From Caecitellus pseudoparvulus (lineage: Eukaryota > Protista > Bigyra: Bicosoecida), in the NCBI GenBank assembly GCA_965644315.1, contig CBFFRQ010000017.1, positions 124,001 through 188,000 of the forward strand: a stretch of 64,000 bases of DNA, in the 5' to 3' direction. Positions 1 through 11,901 of this stretch are shown here, piece after piece. The translations under genes and the position numbers were made by a program. Within the stretch, counting starts at the first letter, position 1. Each line of letters starts with the position of its first letter. The notes beneath the pieces were generated by a model. That model had not been told where the DNA came from, made no database searches, and saw only the letters and a program-made list of their open reading frames with translations.

Positions 1-2
1 TC

Positions 3-3000
3 CCTGGTGTGCGCAGCTCTGACGTGCGCAGCGCAGAGCTGGAGGCTGCCATGCGGGAAGTCATGGTGGCGCCGCCCTTCAACTTGATCGTGGACGAGGG
101 GCAAATTCGCAAGATGCTGCAGCTGAAGGAGAGCATCGACCAGCGCATGGGCTGCGTGATCGTCGGCCCCTCTGGCTGTGGCAAGTCCACCCTGTGGCGC
201 GTGCTGAAAGCGGCCATGGAAAAGACCGGCGTGCGCGTGGTGACGCACGTCATGAACCCCAAGGCCATGCCTCGGTCGCAACTGCTGGGCAGCATGGACC
301 ACGACACGCGGGAGTGGACGGACGGCGTGTTGACTGGCGCTGCCCGCAGCGTCGTGAAGGAGCCAATGGAGACGCGAGCGTGGGTGGTGTGCGACGGCGA
401 CGTGGACCCGGAGTGGATCGAGAGCCTGAACTCAGTGCTGGATGACAACCACCTCTTGACACTGCCCAACGGAGAGCGCATCTCCTTTGGCTCCAACGTG
501 AACTTCCTCTTCGAGACGCACGACCTGCAGTTCGCGTCCCCTGCCACCATCTCCCGCATGGGCATGATCTACCTGTCCGATGACGACGTGGACGTGAAGC
601 GCAACGTGAGCAAGTGGCTGGCAGGGCAGCCAGAGGACCTCCGCCCCGCACAGCAGGCGTGGATGGACGAGATATTCTACGCGTCCCTAGACTGGGCGCA
701 GTCGCACAAGGCCGAAGGCGCCGAGGTGGTGGAGACCACACTGGTGGGCACTGTGCTGAACGGACTGTCCCAGGTGGCGCAGGCACAGAGCAAGCCCGCC
801 TTTGCGCTGGGTGTCGTGCGGGGCCTGGGGGGCAACATGGACCCCTCCACGCGGGCTAGCTTCGCCAAGTTCGTCTTTGGCAAGGCAGGCGTCCGGGCGC
901 CTGACCCCATGTCCCCCCTGAACTGTGCCCTAGCGCCGGGAGGGGAGTCCTTGGTATCCCTGGGCAGCGTCTCTGACGGGGCAGACGTGGACCCCGAGAC
1001 GGGGGCGGTGGTCACCCCCACTGTGCTGCAGGTGTCCCAGGCCCTGCAGCCGTGGGTGAAGGGCATGGTCCCCTTCATCCTCGTCGGCCCAGAAGGCTGC
1101 GGCAAGGCGGTGGTGGTGAAGCACGCCCTGGCCTCCCAGCGGGGCACCACCGTCACCACTCTGCACTGCAACGCAGCCACCCGTCCAGAGCACGTCATCC
1201 AGAAGCTGCGTCAATCCTGTGGACTGTTCACGGCGCCCACGGGGCGTGTGTTCCGACCCCGTGAGGGTGACCGTATGGTGCTGTTCGTGAAGGACATCAA
1301 CCTGCCTCGCCCGGACATGTACGGCACCTGTGCACTCATCGCCTTCCTGCAGCAGCTGCTGACATTCAACGGCTTCTACGACGAAGGCTTGGAGTTCCTC
1401 GGCCTGGAGCGGGTGCACCTGGTCTGCACCATGACGCCAAGCACCACCATGGGCCGCCATGCGCTGTCCCCGCGCTTCACAGCCGCCATGCGCATCGCAG
1501 TGATGGGGTACCCTGGGGACGCCGAGCTGGCCGCCATTTCAGCGGCTGTCCTGCGCTCCACAGTGGGTGCCGAAGTGACTGACCCTGGCTTCACCAGCGC
1601 CGCTGCCTGGACGGCCCTGGGCACCGCCATGGTGGAGGTGTACAAGCAAATGCGCGCCAAGTTCTCCGTGGACGACGCCCGACACTACCAGTTCACGCCC
1701 CGGGACTTGACGGAGTGGGCCACAGGTCTGGGCAGGTACGACCTGGCTGGGGGCGAGTCCGTCATGGATGCCTGGGCGTGGGAGGGCGCGCGGCGGTTCC
1801 GGGACGCCCTCATGACCGCCAAGGACCGACAGACCTTCGATGCCATGCTGGCAGCTGCGGCGCGCACGGCTGGGCGTGGTGGCGGCCCGGGGCTGGCGCA
1901 GGCGGCCTTCACGTCCCTCACCGGCGGCCCTGCCCCCGCAGCGCTGCCTGTGCACGCTCCAGCGCCCGGGCTGCAGCGCGTCAGCATGTCTGACCTGCAG
2001 GCCTTCGTGGAGCGAGGCATTGTGGTGTACGAGCGGGAGGAGCGGGAGCTGGGACTGGAGTTGTTCCCCGAGGTGCTGCACCACATCGCACAAGCCGACC
2101 GAGTGCTCAGTCAACCGGGCGGGAGCTTGCTGCTGGCAGGTCGGCCAGGCGTCGGCAGGCGCTCCGCCGTCGCCCTCGCCGCCCACATGACAGGGCTGGA
2201 GTACGTGTCTGCGCCGGTGACGCGTGCGTACACGCCCAAGGCGTGGAGGAACGAGGTGAAGCGGGCAGTGACCATGGCTGGTGCGGAGGGCAAGGGTGTG
2301 TTGCTGTACGTGGAAGACCACCACGCCTCCGCGCTGGGTGATGTGCTGGAGACCGTGAACTCCCTCCTTGCAGGTGGGGAGGTGCCTGGGCTGTACGCTC
2401 ATGAGGAGCTGGAGGGCATCCTGGGCCCCGTGCGGGAGGCCATGTCCGAGGAAGGCGGCGACTTCCGGACGCCGTACGCGCTGTTCGTAGCCCGTGTCAA
2501 GCGCCACCTGCACGTGGCAGTGGGCATGGACCCCACGGCCAAGGAGTACGCCGCACGGCTGCAGGCAAACCCAGCCCTCGTCACGCGCTGCACGGTGCTG
2601 TGGTGGGGCTCCTGGGAAAGGGAGGCACTCCGCGCTGTGCCTGCCAAGATGCTGGCATCTGCGCTGGCCTCCACGGCGCCTGTGGAAGCCAGCGAGAGCA
2701 AGGGAGGGGGTGCTGGCAGTGCCCCCGACGACCATGACGTGCCAGCCGTGGACACAGTGCTGGATGTCATGATTGCCATGCACGAGGGGGTGTCTAACGT
2801 GCTTGGGGCTGGTGCTGTGTGTCCTCGAGACTACCTCACCTTTGCCCGGGCGTACAGCAACATGCTGTCCGACAAGCAAGCTGCTGTGCAGCAGGAGCTG
2901 GGGCACTTGCAGGGCGGCCTGTCCAAGTTGCAGGAAGCACAGGCCACTGTGGACGAGCTGAACCAGGGCGCCGCTGCTCAGCGAGATGAGTTGACCGTGG

Positions 3001-6000
3001 CGCAAGCGGCGGCCGATGAGGCCATGGAGGGCATCAAGCGCACCTTGCAGGAAGCAGGGGATCGGCGGGGGCAGGTGGAGGTGCTGTCCACCCGCCTGCA
3101 GGCGGCCGAAGAGGAGACCCTGCAGCAGAAGGCCTCCATCGAGAAGGAGCTGAGCGAGGTGCAGCCGTTGCTGGAGCGAGCACAGCAGGCTCTGGGCGCC
3201 ATTGACAGCAAGAGCTTGGGGGAGGTGCGCGCCCTGCGCAACCCACCTGAGGTCATCGCTGACATCCTATCCGCAGTGCTGTCCCTGCTCGGGCAGCAGG
3301 ACCTGACGTGGCGCGCCATGAAGCGCTTCCTGGGGCAGCGCGGTGTGACGGAGCAGATCATCGGCTTCGACGCACACCACATGACCGCCGCCACACACGC
3401 ACAGGTGACGAAGATGGTGCGTGCCAAGGCCAAGTCCTTCGAGCCTGCCACCGCCAAGCGCGCCTCGGCGGCAGTCGCTCCCATGGCAGAGTGGGTGCAT
3501 GCCAACCTGAAGTACTACACTGTGCTGCAGGACATCCAGCCGCTGGAGGGGCGCCTGAAGGCGGCAGAGGAGCAGCTTGCGGAGGGCGCGGCAGCCTTGG
3601 AAGCCAACCAAGCTGAGCTGGCCACCATCGACGACCGCGTGGCGACGCTGCAGGCCGAGTTCGCGAAGAAGACTGGCGAGGCAGAGAGCTTGAAGGCCAA
3701 GCTGGCCAAGACAGAGGAGACAGTACAGCGAGCTGACAGCTTGCTGGGTAAGCTGGGCGGGGAAAAGACCCGCTGGGAGGCGACCGTGCGTGACCTGGTG
3801 GCCAAGCGCACGGCGGTGCCGTGGCGGGTGCTGCTGGCCGCAGGCTTCGTCGCGTACTTGGGTGGCGCCAGTGAGGACACCCGCGCAGCGGTCGTGAAGC
3901 AGTGGGCGCAGGCTGTGGAGGCCATGTCTGGTGGGGCGGCCAGTGGCGGTGCTGGGCACTCCGGCGCCTCAGAAGGCAAGGACGGTGGAGGCGTGCCTGC
4001 CTGGGGCAACTTTGCTGCGCTCATGTCCAGCGAGAGCGAGCAGCTCAAGTGGAAGGCGGGTGGCCTGCCTGGGGATGCCCTGTCCATCGAGAACGCCATT
4101 ACCATCCTGCAGTCCAACGCGGCTGCCAGACGAGCACCCTTCATCATCGACCCCTCCACCGCCGCGACGGCTTGGCTGGAGGGGCAGCTGAACGCAGCTG
4201 AGGGCAAGGCGGAGGTGCTGCCTGCCGGAGATGCCCGGTGGAGCACGCAGGTGGAGCTGGCAGTGCGCTTCGGCAAGACGCTGCTGATCCGGGATTGTGA
4301 CGGCGTGGAGGCGGCCCTGTACAGCGTGCTGCGCCGCGACCTGTACCAGATCGGCGGGCGCAACATGGTGTGGGTGGGCGACAAGCAGGTGGATTTCAAC
4401 GACAGCTTCGCCCTGTACATGACGACGCGGAACCCTGCTCCGCAGCTGCCACCGGACGCACGGGCTCTGGTGAACGTCGTGAACTTCTCCGTGACGCGCT
4501 CGGGGCTGGAGGGGCAGCTGCTGTCTGCCACCATCCAGCACGAACGCCCCGAGCTGGAGGCACGCAAGTCCGCCCTGCTCAAGGAAGAGGAGGACTTGAA
4601 GATGCAGCTGGCCGACCTGGAGCGTGACTTGGTGCAGAACCTAGCCACCTCCACTGGGAACCTGCTGGAGAACACAGCCCTCATCGAGAGCCTGTCAGCC
4701 ACCAAGAGCAAGAGCGCTGACATCGGCACCTCCCTGCAGGGCTCTGCCAGGGCAGCCGTGGAGCTGGACCAGCAGCGCAACACGTACAGGCCGTTCGCGG
4801 AGGCTGGCGCGCAGCTGTACTTCCTGGTCCAGGCGCTGACACGAGCGAACCACATGTACCAGTTCTCCCTCGCTGCGTTCAGCCGCATGTTCAAGCAGAC
4901 GCTGGAGGCCGGTGTCGGCGGCGGGTCTGTGCAGGACGCTGGGGCTGGGGACACCGCCGCGCGCATCGCCAGCCTCATCCCATCCCTGCAGAACCGCGCC
5001 CTGCTCACCATCGGGCGCAGTTTGCTGAAGGGCGACCGGCTCATGTTCGCGCTGCACGTGGTGCACGGCACGCACGGGCGGTGCTTCGGCACGAATGAGT
5101 GGGAGTTCTTTGTCGGGGAGCTGGTGCCGGATGTGGGGGCGGGCGTGGACCCCTCCTTCCCCTCCTGGGCGCCGCCCGACCGAGGCGCCCTCTTCACACT
5201 GCTGCTGCGCACGTTCCCCTCCCTGGCGCGGGCCTGCAATTTCGACGGCAGTGCCAGTGAGTGGAAGGCATGGGGGGCCAGCCCTAACCCTGAGCAGCGC
5301 TTCCCTGGTGCCGCAGCTGGCGTCACGGGTTGGCAGCGAGTGCTGCTGATCCAGGTGCTGCGGCCAGACCGCCTGGTGACAGCCCTCGCAGGCTTCGTCT
5401 GCGACACGCTGCGCCTGCCCAGCGTGGACCCGCCCGCCATGCAGTGGGGGGACATGTACGCCAGCGAGTCGGACAAGAACACGCCCATCCTGCTCATCAC
5501 CACCACGGGTGCCGACCCCACAGCTGACCTGCGCGACTTCGCCGCCTCCGCCGTGGGTGCTGCCAAGTACCGCGAGCTGGCCATGGGAGGCGGGCAGCAG
5601 GCAGCTGCCGAAGCCATGGTGCGGGAAGCGGCGGAGGCGGGGGCATGGGTGTGCCTGAAGAACGTGCACTTGGTGGTGTCCTGGCTGCCTGCCCTGGAGA
5701 AGCTGCTGTCTGCCCTGCCCGAGACCACGCCAGACACCTTCCGCCTGTGGCTGACTACTGAGACGCACGACGAGTTCCCGCCCATCCTCCTGCAGAGCAG
5801 CATGAAGGTGACGTTCGAGAGCCCGCCAGGGCTGAAGAAGAACTTGCAGCGCACACTGGAGTCGTGGAGCCCCGAGTACATCAGCGGGCAAGCCGTGCTG
5901 CCACGCAGTCACGGGGGAGGCGGTTCGACCCCCCCCACCACACCCGTTGCCCTCCTGCGGTCCCAGCTGCTCTTCCTGATGGCCTGGTTCCACGCCGTCG

Positions 6001-7385
6001 TGCAGGAGCGCCGCACGTACGTGCCTCAGGGGTGGACCAAGGGGTACGAGTTCAGCACGGCTGACTTGCGGGCAGGGGCCACCCTCGTGGATGACCTCAT
6101 CGCGTCCCTGCCCCCCGACATGGACGCCAGCTCGGTGCCGTGGGCGTTCTTCCACGGCCTGATGGAGAGCGCCGTGTATGGCTGCCGCGTGGACAACGGC
6201 TATGATGCGCGGGTGATGCGGGTGTACCTGCGCCGCATGTTCCACCCGTCAGTGCTGTCCAAGGCCGTGGGCGGGGGTGGCCGCCCCCTCACTGGCTCCG
6301 CCCTCAGCCACCCCCTCACCCTTCCCGACTCCACCAACGCCGCTGACTACTCCCGCATGGTGGACGGCCTGCCAGACCTGGACGTGCCTGCTGTCTTTGG
6401 GCTGCCCCCCAACATCGACAGGTCAGTCCAGCGCGCCATCGCCCTGCGTGTCACCGCTTCCCTGCGCTCCCTCTCCGTGGCTGCCAGCAGTGGGGGCGGC
6501 TTCAACCGCAGTGCGTGGAAGGCGGCCTTGGGCCCCGTCATCGATCTGTGGGGCAAGATCGTCCCCACCGACATCATGCCGACGCTGCAGCAAGCCGAGA
6601 GTGCTGCAGAGCGTGGCGGAGGCGAGGGCGTGGACCCAGACCCCATGGGCCAGTTCGTGTTCCTGGAGGCCGCCCGTGGCGCCCGTGTCGTCCGCCGCGT
6701 GTCAGACGACCTGAACGCCCTCAAGCAAGTGCTGTTCGGGGTGGGGCTGCTGACGCGCCGCACACAGAGCGTCGCAGAGGCCCTGCTAGCCAACGCCCTG
6801 CCCGGCGCCTGGATCCGGCACTGGAAAGATGGGCCAGAGGACCCCCGAGTTTGGCTGCGCGGCACGGTGGAGCGATGCCACGCCCTGGCCACCAAGTGGC
6901 TGCCGGGGCTGGGCCGCGGTGGCGAGTCCTCCCGCCTCCTCGCGTCGCCTGTGAACTTGGGGCACTTGTTCCGACCGGGGACGTTCCTGGAAGCCTACAG
7001 GCAAGTGTCTGCCCGCCAGCTGGGCACCAGCATGGACGGGCTGGCCCTGCAGTCAGCCATGGATGCAGGGCAGCTGAAGGAGGTGGGGGCGGCCAGCAGC
7101 GTCGCCATCGAGGGCCTCATCCTGCAGGGGGCTGTGTGGGACGGCTCGCGCCTGGCCCACGCTGACGCGTCCACGGCGGAGGCGGTGCCAATGCGTCCAG
7201 TGTATGTGACGTGGCTGCCCCCCTCCGCGGGAGAGGTGTACCCTCCCCGCACGACCGTGACAACCCCCGTGTACACGGGCCTCACACGGGAGACGTTTGT
7301 CACTCGCCTCTCCCTGCCCATTCCCGCGGACTCCACCATGACATGGATTCAGGCGGGTGTCGCGCTGCTGCTGGGGTCGGATTGA
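3..7385 (+). CDS. DYNC2H1: Cytoplasmic dynein-2 (IFT dynein) heavy chain, C-terminal part from AAA2 onward; gene begins upstream of the window
   Basis: Uninterrupted ORF with dynein P-loops GPSGCGKST (AAA2), GPEGCGK (AAA3) and LLLAGRPGVGRRS (AAA4, dynein-2-like). Also CDGDVDPEWIESLNSVLDDNHLLTLPNGERI, coiled-coil stalk/MTBD, WVCLKNVHL (AAA6) and C-terminal WIQAGVALLL. Confidence 0.93.
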   Translation, partial: PGVRSSDVRSAELEAAMREVMVAPPFNLIVDEGQIRKMLQLKESIDQRMGCVIVGPSGCGKSTLWRVLKAAMEKTGVRVVTHVMNPKAMPRSQLLGSMDHDTREWTDGVLTGAARSVVKEPMETRAWVVCDGDVDPEWIESLNSVLDDNHLLTLPNGERISFGSNVNFLFETHDLQFASPATISRMGMIYLSDDDVDVKRNVSKWLAGQPEDLRPAQQAWMDEIFYASLDWAQSHKAEGAEVVETTLVGTVLNGLSQVAQAQSKPAFALGVVRGLGGNMDPSTRASFAKFVFGKAGVRAPDPMSPLNCALAPGGESLVSLGSVSDGADVDPETGAVVTPTVLQVSQALQPWVKGMVPFILVGPEGCGKAVVVKHALASQRGTTVTTLHCNAATRPEHVIQKLRQSCGLFTAPTGRVFRPREGDRMVLFVKDINLPRPDMYGTCALIAFLQQLLTFNGFYDEGLEFLGLERVHLVCTMTPSTTMGRHALSPRFTAAMRIAVMGYPGDAELAAISAAVLRSTVGAEVTDPGFTSAAAWTALGTAMVEVYKQMRAKFSVDDARHYQFTPRDLTEWATGLGRYDLAGGESVMDAWAWEGARRFRDALMTAKDRQTFDAMLAAAARTAGRGGGPGLAQAAFTSLTGGPAPAALPVHAPAPGLQRVSMSDLQAFVERGIVVYEREERELGLELFPEVLHHIAQADRVLSQPGGSLLLAGRPGVGRRSAVALAAHMTGLEYVSAPVTRAYTPKAWRNEVKRAVTMAGAEGKGVLLYVEDHHASALGDVLETVNSLLAGGEVPGLYAHEELEGILGPVREAMSEEGGDFRTPYALFVARVKRHLHVAVGMDPTAKEYAARLQANPALVTRCTVLWWGSWEREALRAVPAKMLASALASTAPVEASESKGGGAGSAPDDHDVPAVDTVLDVMIAMHEGVSNVLGAGAVCPRDYLTFARAYSNMLSDKQAAVQQELGHLQGGLSKLQEAQATVDELNQGAAAQRDELTVAQAAADEAMEGIKRTLQEAGDRRGQVEVLSTRLQAAEEETLQQKASIEKELSEVQPLLERAQQALGAIDSKSLGEVRALRNPPEVIADILSAVLSLLGQQDLTWRAMKRFLGQRGVTEQIIGFDAHHMTAATHAQVTKMVRAKAKSFEPATAKRASAAVAPMAEWVHANLKYYTVLQDIQPLEGRLKAAEEQLAEGAAALEANQAELATIDDRVATLQAEFAKKTGEAESLKAKLAKTEETVQRADSLLGKLGGEKTRWEATVRDLVAKRTAVPWRVLLAAGFVAYLGGASEDTRAAVVKQWAQAVEAMSGGAASGGAGHSGASEGKDGGGVPAWGNFAALMSSESEQLKWKAGGLPGDALSIENAITILQSNAAARRAPFIIDPSTAATAWLEGQLNAAEGKAEVLPAGDARWSTQVELAVRFGKTLLIRDCDGVEAALYSVLRRDLYQIGGRNMVWVGDKQVDFNDSFALYMTTRNPAPQLPPDARALVNVVNFSVTRSGLEGQLLSATIQHERPELEARKSALLKEEEDLKMQLADLERDLVQNLATSTGNLLENTALIESLSATKSKSADIGTSLQGSARAAVELDQQRNTYRPFAEAGAQLYFLVQALTRANHMYQFSLAAFSRMFKQTLEAGVGGGSVQDAGAGDTAARIASLIPSLQNRALLTIGRSLLKGDRLMFALHVVHGTHGRCFGTNEWEFFVGELVPDVGAGVDPSFPSWAPPDRGALFTLLLRTFPSLARACNFDGSASEWKAWGASPNPEQRFPGAAAGVTGWQRVLLIQVLRPDRLVTALAGFVCDTLRLPSVDPPAMQWGDMYASESDKNTPILLITTTGADPTADLRDFAASAVGAAKYRELAMGGGQQAAAEAMVREAAEAGAWVCLKNVHLVVSWLPALEKLLSALPETTPDTFRLWLTTETHDEFPPILLQSSMKVTFESPPGLKKNLQRTLESWSPEYISGQAVLPRSHGGGGSTPPTTPVALLRSQLLFLMAWFHAVVQERRTYVPQGWTKGYEFSTADLRAGATLVDDLIASLPPDMDASSVPWAFFHGLMESAVYGCRVDNGYDARVMRVYLRRMFHPSVLSKAVGGGGRPLTGSALSHPLTLPDSTNAADYSRMVDGLPDLDVPAVFGLPPNIDRSVQRAIALRVTASLRSLSVAASSGGGFNRSAWKAALGPVIDLWGKIVPTDIMPTLQQAESAAERGGGEGVDPDPMGQFVFLEAARGARVVRRVSDDLNALKQVLFGVGLLTRRTQSVAEALLANALPGAWIRHWKDGPEDPRVWLRGTVERCHALATKWLPGLGRGGESSRLLASPVNLGHLFRPGTFLEAYRQVSARQLGTSMDGLALQSAMDAGQLKEVGAASSVAIEGLILQGAVWDGSRLAHADASTAEAVPMRPVYVTWLPPSAGEVYPPRTTVTTPVYTGLTRETFVTRLSLPIPADSTMTWIQAGVALLLGSD

Positions 7386-7501
7386 CGGGTCTTGGGCTTC
7401 GAGCAACAAAACTGCAATGTACATCACAGCATCCGACGCTTCGATACTTGAGCCAATCACCCCAGACCTCGCTGCTCTCGAGCTACGACCCTCCTTGCAC
7501 C

Positions 7502-8914
7502 ATGGGAGCTGCCGTGTCCTCGTCCTTGGGCGTCGAGGATGTCGCAGGTTTCCTGGCCTCTGCTGGGGGCTGGCTGCTGGCTGGCTTCCTGGCCGTGGCT
7601 TGGATTCGCAGCTCCATGTCATTGAACATGGGCAAGGCCCAAGCGCCCTCCGCAGCCATGGTGGGCAACCCAGAAGGTGAGGCTGGCGCAGTGGCCCTGC
7701 GGATTTTGCTCCACCACGCCAGTCGCGAACGTGTCGCGCAGAGCCCGTAAAGTTGTACATCCTGGACGGCCGCCCACCAAGCGTCATCAGTGCCAGTGTT
7801 TTCTGTGCCAAGTTGGAGGTCTTCCTGCGCATGGCACGCATCCCCCACTCAGTGCACAAAGGTCAGTCTGCTGTGCGCACTTGCCCAACACTTGCGGCAC
7901 CCTTGCCACGTTCCCCTGCCCGTCACGACAGCTGACTTCCAGGAGGCCCCGAGTGGCACAGTCCCGTACATCAAGCATGGCTCCCTGATCGTGAGGTGCA
8001 GCGCCCGCGGACGTCGCGGAACCGTTGAAGTCACCGCCCATCACCCCCCCCACACACACAGCTCGGAGACTCCACCTGCATCACACGGTACCTGGAGCGC
8101 ACTTTCTTCGACGCCGCCACTGGCCAGCGAGTGGGCGCGCAGACGCCCAGCCTCGGCTGCCCCACCCTCGTTCCCAGCTTCGCCCTGCCGCCCCACGCTG
8201 CAGCCCTGCAGACTGCCATTCAGCACCTCGTCGAAGACTACATCTACACGGCAGGCCTCATGTACACGTGCGTGCCGTGCCCCCTCTGCCCCGCGTCCAC
8301 TCCCTCCCCCACCCACGCCGCGGGCCTTCACAGGTTCCTCCCGAAGGACTCCTGGCCCGCTGTGAAGGAAGCGTGCTTCGGGGACTTGCCTGCGCCGCTG
8401 AAGGCCATTATCCCAGCCGTGTACCGGGCGAGCATTGCCAAGCGGTGCTGGCTGCAGGGCTTGACTCGCCTGGACGCCGGTGACACACAGCAGTCTGTCG
8501 AGGAGGCTGCCGACGCCGTGGGGCACTTGGTGCAGCAGCAACTGGAGGCCAACCAGGGCCCGTTCATGACAGGCGCAGCACCCTGCATGCTTGACGCGCT
8601 CCTCTTCTCTGTCGCTGACGCGGCCCTGCCGGAAGGGTATGGCGGTGCGCGCCACGCCTTGGCCGTGAGTCGCTCTGCGGCGCCCTGCCTGCTCCCGTAT
8701 ACACCGCCAGGCACACTCGACGCCGCCGCCCTTGCAGAATGCCACGCTGCGCCAGCCAGGCCTCATGCGCCTGGCCCAGCACGTGCGCGACACGTACTAT
8801 GCAACTGAGAGCGCAGCCATGCCTGTGCGCTTCCCAGCGCAGGAGGCGGAGACTGGCGCTGCCGCAACGACAGGGTCTGCTGTGCGCAGGCGAAGTGGGC
8901 ATTCCAGTGCATAG
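7502..8914 (+). CDS. FAX/metaxin-like GST-fold protein (about 6 exons)
   Basis: Five GT-AG introns (first 7677-7741) splice SASVFCAKLEVFLRMARIPH, APSGTVPYIKHGSLILGDSTCITRYL and FMTGAAPCMLDALLF into one frame. These are FAXC/metaxin thioredoxin-like and GST_C motifs. N-terminus MGAAVS is followed by a hydrophobic helix. Confidence 0.75.
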
Positions 8915-9218
8915 GAGCGTGTGCTTGCACCCTGTCGTCCACCCTTGACGTGTCGGTTTCGAGCTCGGAGCAGCGGCAGTGCGAGCCGCAGCGCCCCGTG
9001 TCGCTCCCGCTCACCCACGGCGAATCCACATACTTCAAAACCTTACCCTCAAAAATCTGTGAACCCTGCTTTATCCGCACAGAGTTCGGCCAGTGCACTG
9101 TCCACCTACCCCGGGCTGTGCGAAGCCCGCTTGCACGCAGCTGGCGCCGGAATTTGAAGGGGTGCTCACCCTCAGCAGACCTGCCTGTGCTCCCCGGGGC
9201 GCAGCGTGTACCTCCGCC

Positions 9219-11726
9219 ATGGATGCATTGATTGGGGAGCTTGACGAACGTGATCTGAAACTCGCTGATGATGATGACGTGAAGAAGCAATGTACGGCTC
9301 GCTGCTGCTGAGCGAAGACCACAACGGTGTCTCCACAAGGCGCCCCACCCTCCTCCTCCACAGGCGCGAGCTTCCTCTCTTCCTTCGGAGGCGAGCTGGA
9401 AGAGGTCGTCAATGCTATCGAAGCAGTGGCTGTCTCAGTTGGCGGCGGCAAGATCACCTCCATGGTGTTTGACAAGGCAGTAAGCAACCTGGTGAGTTCC
9501 GCGCGGGTGGCATTTGAAACGCTGCCTCAACGCCCAGAGCTCCGCTGCCGCCTCTGCTGCCCGCCACCCTTCCGTTGGCACGCTGGCCGCGCACAGGCAA
9601 AAACTGCATCTTCCATGGGTTCCAGTGGTCCGAGACTCCCCAGTGCTCAGCGCACGCCCAGCAAGCTCACGGCCGCCCGCATGGCCAGCACGCCTGGTGG
9701 CAAGGCCCTCGCGGCCTCAGACGCTGCCTTTGGCCACCCCAGCACGCCCACGACTGGGCCAGTAGCCGGTGCGACCCCCGGAACCGGCGGCACAACTGCC
9801 ACCAACCCTGCCTCTGGCGGCTCCAGTGGCTCAGGCAGCAAGACCCGAAGCCGCATGGCCGCTGCTCTGAAGGCTCCCATGGCGCCCCTGCCCGGGACGA
9901 CGGGAACTGGCACACGCGGCGACCCCTTGGTGTTCGACAAGCCCGCTGCGGGCGTCGGCTCCACCACGGACGCCAGCAAGGCCGAGAAGTTTGCGGGGCG
10001 TGACTCGGCAGGGGACGTCGTGGCGCAATTCGCAGCGACCACCGCTGCCCCCGTGTCCAAGGCGCCCTTCCTGCAGGCCACGCAGGACGACGAGGACGGG
10101 GACATCACCCTGCCTTCCACTGCGGGTGTGTTCGTGCCGCCAGGCGTCACCGTCACCGTCGGCATGCCCTCGTGGATGCTGGCAGCGACACAGGTGGCAG
10201 CCCAGACGGCAGGCAACGGCGCTGGCGCTGCTGGCATCGGGGTGGGGGCGCCGTCCCTGCCCCGCTCCGAACGGTACATGCACACGACCATCCAAGGCCT
10301 GGAGGACGCCCTGGAAGCACGCATCCTGAGCATGGAGGAGGCACTGGTGGCGGCCCACAGCCTGCCCGACCCCGTGCCTGTGGGCGTGACTGCTCAGCAC
10401 CAAGTGGTGGTGGTGGGGCGCATCGTCACTGAGAGCGAGGCTGGCACGGGCCGCATCAACGCCAAGAGCATTCTTTTGGAGGGCAGCCGCGCCACCAGCA
10501 ACGGGCACCGTGTCCGGCTGGACGTGTCGCGTCTAGGGCAGTATGCCCTGTTCCCTGGGCAGATCGTGGCTGTGCAAGGCATGGCCACCTCTGACAGCGT
10601 CCTGGTGGCAACTGGCATCATTTCCGATGCGGCCCTGCCCCTGGCCCACACGCCTGTGCACATGCTGAAGGAGGACGCCACCCGAGCAGCCGCCGCAGCG
10701 CCTGGGGCTGTGACGGGAGTCGGCGCCCGTGGACGGGGAGGCGGCCCCCTGCGCATCTGGTCGGCATGCGGCCCCTTCACGCTGAACAGCGACTTGAACT
10801 TCGCCCCCCTCGCGGACCTGCTGGCAGAGGTGCGAGGGGCTGACTGCCCCCCTGACGCGCTCGTGCTCATGGGGCCGTTCATTCCGGCGGACCACCCCGC
10901 CGTGGCAGCGGGGCACTGCACGGTGGACAATGGCGCAGGGGCCACCTTCACCCTGTCCCTTCGCGACCTGTGGGAGCTGAAGATCGCCCCCATCCTCAAC
11001 AGCGCCTTGCAAGAGGGCCCGGCAGCGGCCACCCGCCTCGTGCTCGTGTCCTCGCCCAACGACGTGCTGTGCCACCCAGTGGTGCCCACGCCGGCGTACT
11101 CCTCCGCGCCAGGTGACTTTCAGGGTGCTGCCAGTGCCGTGCAAGACGCCAGCTTTGACTTGGCGCCCTTCCATGAGGCCCTGCAGGCGCGCACGACGTG
11201 TGTGCCGTCTCCCAGCGTGTTCACCATCGGCGAGGGCGGGGAGGCGGTGACGGTGGGCGCCATATCCACGGACGTGCTATTCCACCTGAACAGGGCTGAC
11301 CTCTCCCGCCTGGCGGCCCCCACCGCCGACAAGGCTGCGCGCTTCAAGCGCCTGGCAGGGCACATCTTGGGCCAGCGCTGCTGGTACCCGCTCTTCCCGC
11401 CCCCGGAGGACACGCCTGTGGACCCTGCCTGGTCCGAGTGGCTGGATCTGCCCTGCACCCCTGATGTCCTGCTGCTGCCCTCGCGCCTGCCCCCTTTCGT
11501 CGCCAAGCACCAGGAAACGAAGAGCCTCCTGGTGTCACACGGTCACCTGTCCATGTTCTCTGTGGGGGGCACGTACGCCACAGTGGATGTGCACCCGCGC
11601 ACAGGCATCATGACCAACCCAGAAGTGCGGGGCGCAGCAGGTGCGAAGGGCTCCTCCGCCGCTGAAGTGGAGGCTGCAAGCCACCATGTTGCGGACCGGA
11701 CGGTGGTGAAGGTGTTGAAGGTGTGA
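9219..11726 (+). CDS. POLA2: DNA polymerase alpha-primase subunit B
   Basis: Motifs VVVVGRIV, INAKSILLEG, LFPGQIVAVQG, ACGPFT, DALVLMGPFI, HILGQRCWYPLFPP, TPDVLLLPSRL. ATG 9219, with two 5' introns (second 9492-9596). Confidence 0.92.
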
Positions 11727-11901
11727 GGCTTGAGCGGCTCGCGCTGACCAAGCCCACACTTCCGAATGCACAAGTTCATTGTGATGCCAGCAGGCTTGCC
11801 ACGCGCTGTCCCTGGCTGCTCCCTGTGCAGCATCTGCTTGGCCACGGGCAGGGGACCAGTGCAGGTTCGGGTCAGCCTGGAGATTAGCCGCATCGCCAGC
11901 C

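Noticed and set aside
3515-5881. Long antisense and alternate-frame ORFs over dynein and other genes (e.g. 788 aa at 3515-5881, 493 aa at 58460-59941, 458 aa at 61909-63285)
   Set aside because: Shadow ORFs expected from high GC and codon bias. They overlap well-supported genes and show no motifs.
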